NCBI RefSeq assembly: GCF_009914755.1 | Contig: NC_060941.1 | DNA length: 64,000 nucleotides | Source: the human T2T-CHM13v2.0 reference genome, Homo sapiens | Reading direction: 5' to 3' (one strand) | In this document: positions 12,030-28,815 of the stretch, piece by piece | Layout of the letters: every line of letters starts with the position of its first letter | Numbering within the stretch: the stretch's first letter is position 1 | Position numbers and translations under genes: made by a program | Notes under the pieces: model-generated | Database searches by the model: none | Seen by the model: only the letters and a program-made list of their open reading frames with translations | Told to the model about the DNA's origin: nothing

Positions 12030-13830
12030 TTGAAAGGGCCCAGAAGGAATGACATCTCATCACAGTGACAACATCTACTGGCTAGAAATTGGTTTCCAAA
12101 TATTACCGGAAGCTCCTTGGTACTAATTTCAAAGGCAGGTATTTGGAATATCCTATTGTACCAAGAGGTAAGAAAGTATTCAGAGAATAATGGAGAGATA
12201 ACAAAAGAACATAAACAACTTAAAGGGCTACCACAGGCCAAATCTGCGACAATTTGAGCACAAATATGAATGAATGACTGCAACTAACTAACTAACTCCA
12301 AAGGGGAAGGGAGAGAACATTTATTTCAGAAGAATGCCAATAAAAAATGTACAAGAAATTGGATGACCACCATTTGCAAACCCCAGCCTCAAAGGGGACT
12401 CAGGCCATGATCCTCAAGGATGCTGAAAGCAGTGGATGGAAAGACTGCCAGGGCACAGGATACTCACAGGGTCTTACACTGGCACCTCACAGATGACTGA
12501 CAAATTAGAAAGGGAAAATGTACCCCTGCAAAGGAGAAATCTGGCAGTCAGCACCTTAACCGAGAGTGCAAACTGAGCCTCATGAGTAGGGTGCCAACCT
12601 GGGTGGTTGTGCCCCCAAATGCAGTAAAAAGAACCCCACATGCCCTGTCCAGCTATTCTTGCCCAAACTCCAGAACCTGAACCTACGCATAAGAGAACAG
12701 TCAGACCAAGAACGCAGGTTATTCTATAAGACACCTGACCTGGACTCCTCAAAAATAAATCGTCAAGGTGATGAAAAAAAAAAAAAAAGAAAAAAAGGTG
12801 TAAGGGATTGAGTGTAGAGGCAACGAGACAGGCAACAACTTGGATGAAACGTTCTATCCATACGACAGAATATTCTTCTGTCATAAAAAGGAATGGAGTG
12901 TTCATCCATGCCGCGATGTGAATGAACCTTGGAATTCCAGGTGAAAGAGGCCAGACACAAAAGACCACAGATAGTATGATACCATTTATATGAAATGTCC
13001 AGAAGAGGCAAACCCATAGAGACAGAAAGATTAGGGGCTGCCTAAGTCTTCAGGTGATTCTGCTTGGGTTGATGAAAATGTTCTAAAATAGATTTGATGA
13101 TGGTTGTAAAACTTTGTAAATATAGTAAAAAACACTGAATTGTATACACTTTAAATGGGTGAATTGTATGGGTATGTGAATTACAGCTCAATAAAGCAGT
13201 TTTTTGGTGGGGGAAGAGAGAGAGAGAGAGAAACAACAGAGACACAGCAACCAGTGTATCTGTGTGTGAACCTGAAGGGATCCTGGACTGGGGAGAAAAG
13301 CAGCCATAAAAGGGATTTGGGGGCCAGGTATGGTGGCGCACACCTGTAACCCTAGGCTTTGAGAGGTTGAGGTGGAAGGATCGCTTGAGCCCAGGAGTTC
13401 TAGAATTCACGAGCTATAATGGTGTCACTGTACTGTAGCCTGAGGTACAGAACAAGACCCCATCTCTCTCTTTTTTCTTTCTTAAAAAAAGGCATTTTTT
13501 GAGACAATTGAGGAATCTGGAGTGTATATATTAGGCGGCATTATTGAATTAATGTTTTCTTAAATATGATAATGGTATTATCATTATGTCTTCTTCCTGG
13601 AAGATACATTCTGAAATATTTGCATTTAAAACAGTAAGTCAGAAATGTGGTTTAAAATAATCTAGGGGGTGGAGGGCAAGGGGATTGGGGGAGGGGATGG
13701 GAGCACAAATAAAACAAGATTGGACAAAGGCAGGTAATCGTTGGGCTTAACAGATTTGTGGTACCTTATTATATATTCCCTCTACTTTTGCAAAGGTTTG
13801 CAAATGCCTATAATAAGAGTATTTGTTTTA
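12030..13830 (+). mobile_element. Old L1M (L1MC/L1MB-type) 3' fragments with an Alu monomer at ~13322-13490
   Basis: L1MB-like 3' UTR (ATTTATATGAAATGTCCAGAAGAGGCAAACCCATAGAGACAGAAAG; CACTGAATTGTATACACTTTAAATGGGTGAATTGTATG). Confidence 0.7.
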
Positions 13831-14059
13831 AATTTCCTTTGCCTGTGATTCCAGAGAACTCTTCCCTTCCATTTATTTTGTAAAGGCCTGCCCAGGGGTC
13901 AGGACACCCCACCTGGGCATCTCTGCATCACCCTGAGGCCTGGCAGGGGGTGATACCACACAGGAAGTGCTTGGTAAACTGGAGTGGGTCATTCACAAGT
14001 GATTCAGCAGGCCCCCGACTCCAAATGTCTTCTCAGCCCATTTCCTCCCCCCCTGCAAA

Positions 14060-14600
14060 TAATCTGGGTCCCATCCCTTCAGCAGGTGGGATCCTGTACA
14101 AAACCCCTCAATGGCTTCCCAGTGCAGTTAGGATAACCCCTGAGCTCCTCGTGGCAGGCCTGCGCAGACTACCCCAGCCTCATTTCCCACCCTCCCTATT
14201 CCTGCTGATTTAGTAAGCCACAGCCACACTGGGTCTCTATGCGTAAACACGGTTCCCCCTTGCTGCCTCCAGGCATCCACGATGCTATTCCCTCCCCTGG
14301 AAAGCTATTCTTTCCCCACCTCTTTGCCAAGTGAAACCCTTGCTCATCATTCCAGTCTTAGAATAGGTATCTTTTCTTAAGGTACCTTAATTCCTGACAT
14401 TTCCAGCACCAGGCTAGGTTCTCACAGCATCCACTTCCTCCAGCCTTTGTCACTGCTGAAATTGCACCATTATTTATCTACTGTTTCTCCCACACCAGCC
14501 ATAAAACTCCATCAACGCAGGGCTATAGATATCACCTGTGTCTCAGTGCCTGACAAAGACCGAAATTGCTCAATAAGAACATGTGTTATTGAATTATTGA
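14060..14600. mobile_element. L2 3' fragment
   Basis: CTCAATGGCTTCCCAGTGCA...TCAGTGCCTGACA...TGCTCAATAA motifs. Confidence 0.55.
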
Positions 14601-14861
14601 GGTAGGTAGGAGGTGGTGGAGATTAAACATCTCACCTCTTTCTCCACTTTGAACTCCATGCTCCAATGGGTCCCTCAAGTTTCCAAGCCCTTCGTCCCAT
14701 TCTCTTTCCTCTCTCCTGTGTCTAGAGGGTCTTCCTGGGAAGTTCGTGAGAAGCCAGAACAATTGAAAGGTGGATCACAAAAAGGCCCAGGCACTGGTGG
14801 GCAGGAAGGGAAGGGACCCACTAGGACGCGATTCTGCAAAGGCAGCAAGACTATTAGCCTT

Positions 14862-15432
14862 TGATCTAGAACCGGAAATACCATTTGACCCAGCAATCCT
14901 ATTACTGAGTATACCCAAAGGAATATAAGTCATTCTACTATAAAGACACATGCACACGTGTTTATTGCTACACTATTTACAACAGCAAAGACTTGGAACC
15001 AACCCAAATGCCCATCAATGATAGACTAGATAAAGAAAATGTGGCATATATACATAATGGAATAGTATGCAGCCATAAAAAAGAATGAGTTCATGTCCTT
15101 TGTAGGGACATGGATGAAGCTGGAGGCCATCATTCTCAGCAAACACAGGAACAGAAAACTAAACACCGCATGTTCTCACTCATAAGTGGGAGCTGAACAA
15201 TGAGACCATATGGACACCGGTGGGGGAACATCACACACCAGGACCTATCGGGGCGTGGGGGATAAGGGGAGGGAGAGCATTAGGACAAATACCTACTGCA
15301 CGCAGGGCTTAAAATCTAGATGACAGGTTGATAGGTGCAACAAACTACCATGGCACATGTATACCTATGTAACAAACCTGCACGTTCTGCACATGTATCC
15401 CAGAACTTAAAGTAAAATAAAAAATAAAAAAA
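14862..15432 (+). mobile_element. 5'-truncated L1PA (older, roughly L1PA7-8) 3' end
   Basis: ORF2 C-terminus, 3' UTR and A tail; degenerate 20-bp TSD at 14847-14866 / 15431-15450 (17/20). Confidence 0.9.
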
Positions 15433-15657
15433 GATGATTCGCCTTTGATCACTCGCCTCTGCCCCCGAATCAGGTGGGCTGCATTTACCCAGTACCCGGG
15501 CCGACTGCCCCAGGGCTGCAGAATTGAAACCCTCCACTGGGTGGCACCAGATCACCACCTCCTGTGCCCACCCATCCAGGTCTCCAAGGGCTGAGTGAAG
15601 GAGCGGGGCAGGCACCCTCAGGAACTGTGGGGCACCCACTATCAGTCCTCCCCATGA

Positions 15658-16035
<378 letters not shown>

Positions 16036-16450
16036 CCCTCCCCCCAAAATTCTAATCTTCCTGATCAGCTTGCTCAAGGAGGGGCAGCTAAGCAGGGGGC
16101 GGAAAGAGATCACAACCGGGTTTTGAGATCTGGGGCTTTCCAGTCTAGGTTTCGTCACTGTAACCCTGAACATGCCACTTTATCCACCCCACATGCCGCA
16201 TCTCAAGTGTTCCTTTGCTCATTTATTCATTTATTGATGTTTAAGTGTAGTTATCATGAGTGGTAACTGACAGCAGGGATGGTGAATCTACTCGTCTGCA
16301 TGCTGGAGTGGGGTCTATACCTGGGGACCCTTTGTTGGTAGAGCTCTCTGTAAACACCAAACCTTCTTAACCTATTTGTATGTTTAACTCTTGGCACCTT
16401 TTTGGATAACCAGCCTGCAGGCTCACAAACCAGGACAAAAAGTAGTAGCT

Positions 16451-16632
16451 AGCTGGGCGTGGTGGCCGGCGCCTGCAGTCCCAGCTACTCCAGAGGCTGA
16501 GGCGGGAGGATTGTTTGAGCCCAGCAGTTCCAAGCTGAGGTCACAGTGATCTACGATCACCTCCGTGAACAGCCAGTGCATTCCAGCAAGGGCAACACAG
16601 GGACACCCTGTTTCCTAATTATTTTTAACTTA
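16451..16632 (+). mobile_element. FAM (fossil Alu monomer)
   Basis: Monomer retaining the 7SL-derived GTGAACAGCCAGTGCATTCCAGC segment; perfect 14-bp TSD AAAAAGTAGTAGCT. Confidence 0.8.
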
Positions 16633-17034
16633 AAAAAGTAGTAGCTTTTATATCCAAATGTTACCCTTTCAAAGCCTAAAAGAATAACATTCTACCTCCT
16701 GATCCTGGGACTGGTGAACAACGCACGTTCGCCCTCTCCATATACTACATGATTTATTTTTGTTACCCTGATGACACCTCAGCTCCCAAGGTTACCATCC
16801 AAAAAGAGTCTGACTCAATCTGCCTGTCTTTAGGCAGCCACTATCTATCCGGGCCTGCATCTCCAGAGCTCGCCTCTCCTGAATTCCCCATACTGGTACC
16901 TACTTTGTAGCTTTTTTTTTTTTTTAAGTAAAAAATTGTATCTGCCTTCTATAAAAGTAAAATGTGTTCATTTTAGGAAATTTGAAAAATAACAACAAGT
17001 GTAAAGAAAATAAAATGACCCATGATCTTAGACC

Positions 17035-17215
17035 AAAGGTTCTCAACTTCAGCACGATTCATGTTTTCAAGTTGAGCACTTCTTTGCTGTGGTGTCCCAT
17101 GCCTTGCGAGATACTCAGCGTCATCCCTGGTGTCACCTACTAGTTGCCAGTAGCACCCCCTCCCCAGGCGTGACAATCCAAACGTCTCCAGACATTGTCA
17201 AAAGTCCCAATTGAT
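17035..17215. mobile_element. MER20
   Basis: GGTTCTCAAC...GTGACAATCCAAACGTCTCCAGACATTG. Confidence 0.7.
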
Positions 17216-18044
17216 AGCCATGACCTCAGACGCAGACAGAGCCACCGTACGTTTTCCAGTTTTCCTTCTAGTCCTTCTTCCTAAGTATAGATAAGTATAG
17301 ATTCCTTCTGCCAAATAAGACTGACTATATATGCAATGTGTGTCCTACTTTTTTTTTTTTACTCTATTTTATGTTGTGAGTACTTTCCCAAATTATTGCA
17401 TTTTCTTCAGAAGCATGCTTGCTAATGGCTGCATAGTATCACTGGCTAACCTCCAGCGCCATCATCCCTTTTACCCATCCCCTGTTGCAGGACAGTTAGG
17501 CTGGGTCTAGTGTTATGGTGCTGTAAATAATGTGTGAGTGAATAGCCTTGCACATAAATCAGAACCCCTCAAGATACCCCAAGAACAGACACTAGACAAG
17601 ACAACCCTGTGTCGATGGCTTATAATGCACAGTGTTAAATCAGCTTCTGAGGTATCAGTTATACCAGTGTCCATTCTTTAAAATAGATGAGTAACAACTT
17701 CACAGTATTTCAGAAGGGATTATGTTTTATCAGGGAAGAAAGAATGATTTTGAGGATGGGGAGCTGTTTCTCATATTCTTCCTGATGATGCCCAGGGTAA
17801 CACCAGATTTCTGTCATCGTTGCTGAACCACATCAGAATTTAGGCTGTTGTCTTCCAAAACAGTCTCAAATCAGGAGACAAAAGTAAGTTTCACTTCAAA
17901 CAGGATAACAGAATCTGTGTTGAGAAGGCAAGCTGGCAGCTCAGCAGGAAACATACAAAGCCAGGGTTGATTCATGATGGGTGACATGAGCAGACGAGAG
18001 AAGGAGACCGATAGGCCAGCTGTGTGCTACTGACTGCTAGTCCA

Positions 18045-18205
18045 CTGCTCAGGAGTGGTCCTCAGACCTACAGCATCAGCGTCACCTCGGAGCTGGCTGG
18101 AAACCCAGAACCTCAGCCCCCACCCTAGATCTCCTGGTTTAGAATCTGCATTTTAACAAGAGGCCCAGCTCACTCTAAGTCCATCAAAACATAAGAAGTC
18201 CTGAC
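18045..18205. mobile_element. MER5A
   Basis: GTGGTCC...CAGCATCAGCGTCACC...AGAATCTGCATTTTAACAAG. Confidence 0.7.
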
Positions 18206-18540
18206 ATACACTGAGGTTCAAATTCTTTTCCAGAGTTAACTGAACTGAATCGAAGCCCAACACTCAGCATCCTAACAGAACGACTTAATAACGTTCCCCC
18301 AAATTAACACTCTTGTCCATGATAAAGCTGAGTGTCACATTTCAGCTGATTATACTAACAGCCAATGGGTCTCCAGATGTTGCCAAATGTCCCTTGATTA
18401 AGAACCATGGTCTCAGATGCAGACAGAACCATAATCAATCCTCCGGTTTATTTTTCTTCCAGTCATTTTTTCCTTATGTTAAGTATAGATTTCCTTCTTC
18501 CAGTGACTGGTACATAGAATCCACTGCACATGCAGCTACT

Positions 18541-18615
18541 GTCATCATCAACATCATCAATATTATCATCATGATCATCATCAATGATCATTATTGTCAT
18601 CATTTTCATTATCAC
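18541..18615. repeat. Imperfect (ATC)n trinucleotide repeat
   Basis: CATCATCAACATCATCAATATTATCATCATGATCATCATC... Confidence 0.8.
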
Positions 18616-19413
18616 CTCCAGGATTCTGGCATTTTAATTCCTGGAAAAGGCTGCTGGAGTTTGGAAGCTTCATTAAGAACATCTTCTTGATAATTTATGG
18701 GTAGACTAAATAAGGCTAGTCCTCAGTTTTTTAGGCACAGCTTCACGCAACTAGAAAAGCCGTAAGCACTGACATCAAGGTCCAGTCTAACCACTGAGTA
18801 ATCCTGTGAGCCTGCACAGGTCACAAAACCAGTTGGAGCCTCGGTGACCTCATGCATACCTTGAGTTGTTACTGACGCCTAACTCACATGTTTGCATAAA
18901 CATCAAGTAGGATGGAGACTGAGAAAACAGTTTGGAAATCGTACAACATACTCCCATTTCCTTCCATCTCATAGCTCTCTCTATGCTACTTTATCAAATG
19001 AGATGATCAAATTTTACTAAATTCCATTCTGGGTAATCTGTCCGTGGGAGGGGTAGGGTAGAGAAAAGGAAAATTGTCTGGCACATCCATACTCTTAAAG
19101 TGGTGAGAAACACAGGCTTCAGGTATCAGGAATCCAGACCAGAGAATGGAACTCTCTGTCCTAATGGTTTCAACCCCATCACCGTCAGCCCCTCCTCCAA
19201 ACCACCCTCGACTTCTAGAAAACCAACAGACCACAATCATCCAACCCTCTCCCCATCAGGGAACACTGAAACAACCCAGACACAGCAACCACTTTCTACC
19301 TGGGGGCAGAACTGGGCTGCAGCCACCTGGACTCCCATGATGGACTTTGTAATGCAGTTTCCTAGGCCTGCAGAAGCAGTGACCGCTATACCTCCCTCAA
19401 CAGGACCCCTTAC

Positions 19414-19499
19414 CTGGGAATCACCGGTGGATTTTCGGACACTCATGTGGGCAGTCTCTGGAGGGTGCGCTGGGGTCCCTGATGCGTGGTATCCATTCA
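19414..19499 (-). CDS. GAS7: GAS7 coding exon (86 nt, phase 1-0; exon 4 of the long isoform)
   Basis: Acceptor CTCTGTCCCTGCAG| and donor CAG|GTAAGG. Translates (V)NGYHASGTPAHPPETAHMSVRKSTGDSQ, matching GAS7. Confidence 0.96.
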
Positions 19500-20083
19500 C
19501 TGCAGGGACAGAGACACGGCTCAGATGCTGTGTGGGCCACAGATGGGCACCCCCGCCTTTCGTCCACTGCAGCCCCTTTTCCCACCTCCTTCCTTGGCTC
19601 TGAGAGGTCTTGCGTGGCGAAGACCATCCCTCAGGATCTGATCTTATCTGTATCTGCAGAGCTGGAAATGGGTTGAAGGCATCTCTCTAATCCTCAGCAC
19701 CCAAATTACTGAATTCTTAGGGGACTGAGTTTCTTTTTTAACCCGAGAGCAAAAGGAATGTGCCTAACAGGAGGGGAGGTCACTATGGTCCAGCTGCCTT
19801 TGCTACAAATACCACATCAGTTGTAGTTACAAATGCCAGTCACGGGTCCAATCTCCCTCCGTAGAGTCGGGGCGGGGGGCTCTCCACCACCTTCCAACAA
19901 TTTCCCTCAGCTTTCTTAGTAACTTCTCCACCCTCAAACTCAGAGCAGCGGAGTGTGAATATACTAGAAAGAGGACTGGATTGACTGGTCACCGTGAAAT
20001 TAGGCTCTGTCAATTAATAGTCAGGTGATCATATGCACTTCATTCTTGAGTCACCGTTCTCCTAGAATTAAAAATACATAATC

Positions 20084-20421
<338 letters not shown>

Positions 20422-20469
20422 CTACCCTTATAACTTTATGTCTCTTGGGGGACACTCACTCATGCTCCC

Positions 20470-20656
20470 AACACTTGCTGATAAACCTGCTCTCCAAGGA
20501 ACAGGGGGAGCCCTGATATGTAGTATCTGTCGATTTCTGTGCCAAAGACACTCCCAGCATGGACAGTTTCAAGCCCCAACGCCGCTACACGCACGCTCCT
20601 GACATCACGAATTCACACTGGGACCCACGTGATCTCGGTTCCCAGGTGGTACCGCT
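20470..20656. mobile_element. MER63-like hAT DNA transposon fragment
   Basis: GCCCTGATATGTAG...CGATTTC...ACTCCCAGCATGG...TTTCAAGC resembles recalled MER63A. Confidence 0.5.
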
Positions 20657-20829
20657 CTTGTAGGAATATAACTACATAAGCTTAGACGAGCAGCTTCGCC
20701 TCAGTGACCCTCAGCTTCTGTACCTGTAAAATGGGGATAATTCTACGTATTCTCCTGACCTACTTTGTTGGTGTGAGAATCCAACAAAGCGATAATAGCA
20801 AAAGTTATAAGTAGTCATAAAGCACTTCA

Positions 20830-21468
<639 letters not shown>

Positions 21469-22119
21469 TCAGACTGGAGGAAGATCTACACACTGATGTC
21501 CAACTCATGATTCTTCTAGAGAAAACTCTATAGCGTGGCAGGAAGCACAGGAGAATATGGCTGAAAGTTACCACCAACACCTACTCATTTGGAGCGACGA
21601 GGACTGGAGGCAAGCGTTGGGCAACGGGATGATGAAGCCCGTTCCACTGAGAACCCGTCTCCTGCTCAGGTGGTGCCCCGTTCTCCACCACTTGCAGTGA
21701 ACACTCCAGGGCCAAGCAGGGCCACATGCAGCTGAGTGCCTGTGCGCAGCTGGGCTTCTCCCCCAGCTACAGGGTTTACCCCCCGTTCCAGAATAAGGTG
21801 GTTGCACACATCCCAAGGAAATAGCAAGCTGATCCACAGCAGGCCCCTAGTACAGTAGAAGCTTGAGGGAAGCAACAAGAAACAACAAATCCACCCTGCA
21901 GGGCCAGCTACAAGCCTGGGCCACACCCACATCCCTCAGGCAGCTGGCCAAGTGCAGATACCATCCACCCGCTATGAAGGCAGCTTAAGAGGCGAGGACA
22001 GGATTCCAACAGCATCAGGGAAAATGCTGAGGGGGCCAGGGAGAATCCACTCCGCCTGGCATCAAGCTATGCCAGGAAAGACATGAGCCTGATGATAAAT
22101 ACACCCTACAACGAGGGCA

Positions 22120-23620
<1,501 letters not shown>

Positions 23621-24728
23621 CAAGTTTTTATCTGAGTAGGTAATAAATCTCTATCTTTGATAATGCTGAGTCCCCATGAACCAAGGTTGTCCCAGCTCCT
23701 GAGGAGACCCTGACTCCCTCCCTCCCCAGACCCTCCAAATGCATGCCCAGGTCCTGCCTCTCCTCTGCCCCAGTCTTTCCCCACACTTGCAGCCGCCAGG
23801 AACTGTCTAAAGAGGAGACATTTTGCCCCTAATCCAATCCCTTGTTCTCACTTCAGTTCTGGTCTGTCAGCTGATGGCTAATTACTGCTCATGTCAAAAC
23901 AATTACGAGGAAAGAAAACACAGTTTTCCATTCGACCCTTTCTCCCCACGTAGCAGCTCTCCTCGGACACCCTGTCTGGCTGCGTTATCACTTGAAGTCT
24001 CCCGGGCACATTCAGAATACGTCTCAGTGGAGATCTAGACAGTTATAGCCCACAAGATCCTGGCAACCCTCACCCACGGCATTCCTCATTGCTATTCCCT
24101 GTCCTGGGGGCTCCCGGCTCACCCAGGGTCAGCCACAAAACAAATGAGGCGAGAAGTGGGTGCTTCTGGGGCCTCCAGCCTCTGGGGGAAGAAAAATGAA
24201 ATTGGTCAAGGATCGCTCATAAAGGGAACATAGTTCAGTCTGGAGATACAAGGAAAAAAAAAAAGCAAATGTCACACTCATCTGTTTTTAAGATTTTTAA
24301 AAAGGGAACTAAAAGCTCTATCTAGTTAGTAACCTTAGCAGCTTCAAATATAAATAATACACACAGGCACCCACACACTTCATTTCCCTTATAGGCAGTT
24401 AAGCAACTTGAGAGGGCTTAGGAGGTGTCTAATGAGAGGAGGGGACAGATATTTGGGTAGAAAAGAGGAGGGAGGTCTGGGTAGGGAGAAGTCAACAGAA
24501 ACAGAAAAGAAAGGCGAATATGAAAAGTTATCGAGAAAGGCCAAGCAACAAAGAAGCGCCAGCAGCTCCGCCACCCAGGGCTCACCCCCACCCGCAGCTC
24601 GGCTTCCATATCTCAGTACCGATCCCTGAGGGAAAAAGTCGCATCCTCAGAGCCCTACTCTCCAGGTTCCTGTTCCCTGAGGAACCCAAAAGAACATAAG
24701 AAAATCAGCCATGAACACTCTCTTATTA

Positions 24729-25310
<582 letters not shown>

Positions 25311-26619
25311 TCTATCACATATTAAACATAGTACAGCCTAATGTTTCCCCAGGTGTGTTAAACAGGATAGCAATTCTGCCAGATGTGTATTGTAAGTGTT
25401 ATGCAGTGATAGTAAAGGGTCAGTGTTACGGTCCAAAGAATTTAGGACAAACACCCCATTATTCAGATTGAGTTTATTTACAGTAGGCCTTTTAGAATAT
25501 GCTGACATGCGCTTGAAATCTCAAACAAGGCAACAGCATGCAGCATCCTTCCGCGCACACAGACGCAGAACCCGTTGAGGGAAATACAGCAGGGCTACCG
25601 TGAAATCCACTTTGGGACACACAGTCATGGCCACAGAATGCAAGGTTTGAAGTGGGGCAGTTCCGTGCTCATCCGGTCTGATGACATAGGGCACAATTAC
25701 AGCCTCCTTCCTCCCACCACATCCTGGAAGGCCTCGCAGGTTCCTTGGTCACCATGCTCACCTTCTCAGGAGGATCCACTGTCCACCATGGCCCATTTAG
25801 GGGAGCAGTTTTACATAAATACCTTTCTGTTCCAGAAATTTCTCTCTGGCCACCTGGTCCTCACTGTCTCTCCTAGTTGTCTAAGATGTGAACTGCGTTC
25901 CCAAAGACAGACTGATAAAAGATTTTCCCACATGGTTGTGAACAGTGAAACACCTGTGGCTGCTTTCCAGGACATCAGAGGTTAAACAGGCCTTTGTAAG
26001 GTCCCAGGAGCCTCAGCCAGCAAGAACACTGGTTCTAGGGGAACATGCACTTCTTCCAGCAGAAGGTGTCAGGGCCTTCCCTGGAGTCAGGGGTGAGGTC
26101 TAAGTCAGAGTGCTGGGGAAGCTGCTTTGAACCTGAGACTGGCTAATTCCGCAAGAAGCGAGGGTCTTCCTTTGCTCCTGCAGGGGAGAGGAGAGCTGTC
26201 CCAGGCTTCCTGATCTGGAGAAGAAGGTGTGGGCGAGGGTGAGGCTCTGGGTTCAGGAGCCCCCTCCCCAGAGAGCCCCTGCTCAGAGGAAGCACAGCTG
26301 CCTCCCTAACCATATCCCTGGCCGGCTCCTCAGGCTCAAAGGAAGGTCCTCCTTGCCCTTCAGCCTCTGCAAAGGCATTCACTCTCTCCCCTTTAATCTA
26401 GGTTCCCTGAGGCTACTGGAGGCCTAAGGATGATCCCTCAGTGGGCTGAAGCCCCAAGGCTGAGCAAAGCCAGATCCTGAACCCATGTTTCCTGAAACAC
26501 TCCCACAACCGCCCACCAGGACAACCTCAAAAAATAATAGATTTCTTTTATCCTTAAGAAAAACACGTAAGTTCAATGCATATCCCAGGCCCAGAGGCTC
26601 AGAAAGGTATTCACTTTCC

Positions 26620-27085
26620 ACATTTGCACTGTTGACACAAAAGCCACAGATGCCTATTTGAATTTAAACAAATCAAATTTAAATAAAATCTAAATGCAAT
26701 ATGATTTCCAGGACTGGATCCAAGAACAGAAAAAGGACATGAATGGAAAAACTCATGACATCTGAATAAAGTCTAACATTCAGTTACTCGTAATGCACGA
26801 TGTCAATTTCATGGTTTTGACAAATGTACCGTGGTTATGTAAGATGTCAACCGGGAGAACTGAGTACAGAAGGCACAGGAAGTTACTGTCTTTATAGCTT
26901 TTCTGTAAATTAAAAATTGTTCCCCAAATTTTAACAAGGTATTAAATTAATGAAAAATTCAGCTCCTTGGACATACCAGCCCCATTCAAGTACTCAAGAG
27001 CCACACATGGCTAGTGGCTACCATATTGGAAGGCACAGAGAAAGAATGCTTATACTGTCACAGAGGGTTCTACTGGACAACACTG
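26620..27085. mobile_element. MER33/MER3-type hAT element interrupted by an old L1M 3' fragment (~26693-26925)
   Basis: AGCCACACATGGCTAGTGGCTACCATATTGG and TTCTACTGGACAACACTG motifs; L1M 3' UTR in between. Confidence 0.6.
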
Positions 27086-27667
27086 CCCTGTACTGTCTTC
27101 ATTCTACCCAATGACTCATACATGAAACTCCCAGCATCTCCCTTTTCACTCATTTTCTTTCTCTTTGCCTGTTACTATTTCTCTCTACAAATCAGTATTT
27201 CCACACTGCACGTTAAGCCCAGCCCAAAGAGGACTTTCAATATTTGCAGCAGTTACTGAATGGCGTCTTAGGTGTTCTGTTTTGGTTTAAAGTTTATTTC
27301 TTACTCATGCGGGTCTCACCCAGAAAGCCTGGCATTAAACACCTCTAGTAAAGCTACTGAATAAACACAGCTTCCATAACTCTGGTGATATTAAAGGATG
27401 GAATGCAGGCAAAGTCCCCAGCCCAGGTCTGATCCTAAGTAGCACCCAACATTCAAAGACTGGAGTCTAGTTTGTGCGGGGGTGGGGAAGGGGGGGGTTG
27501 GGGGAGGACTCTAGGCATGTTTCTAGAACTCTCTTCCCAGTTGGCAACCTGGCTGCCTCTGCTTACCAGTATCCAACAAACCTGCACTAATAAGAATGAA
27601 CCAGCTCTGTGGGTGGCCCTTCAAACTCTCTCTAGAAGTTAACAAAGCTACAACACAAAAGTAAAGC

Positions 27668-28475
<808 letters not shown>

Positions 28476-28614
28476 TCAGGGGAAAATGTATGTCTCAGAA
28501 TCAATGACACAGGACTCTTCATGCTGACGTAGGGAGCTGCTGCTTCTTGCTTCAATGGGCCATGGTCTGGGAACCCTTGAGCAGCGCTGAACTGAGGCTC
28601 TGGGTCACTCTAGA

Positions 28615-28815
28615 ACTGAGCTTCCCCACCTCGGCACTAGTAAACATTTAGGGCCAGGTGATTCTTTGTTGTGAAGACTTGCCTGTGCATTGTGGGATGT
28701 TCAGCAGCAGCCCTGGCCTCTACCCACTAAATGCCTGTAGCCCCTCCCCCCGGTGCTGGCAGTCAAAAATATCTCCAGACATTGCCGAATGTCCCCTGGT
28801 AGGCAAAACCACCCA
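28615..28815. mobile_element. MER20
   Basis: CCTGTGCATTGTGGGATGTTCAGCAGC...AAAAATATCTCCAGACATTGCC. Confidence 0.8.

Noticed and set aside
15534-15548. CTCF-like CCACTGGGTGGCAC
   Set aside because: Mismatch at the conserved core A and no supporting context.
21567-21740. CpG-retaining stretch with a minus-strand donor-like GTAACT as an extra GAS7 exon
   Set aside because: No convincing acceptor, and the peptide is not recognisable as GAS7; the flanking exons already join in frame without it.
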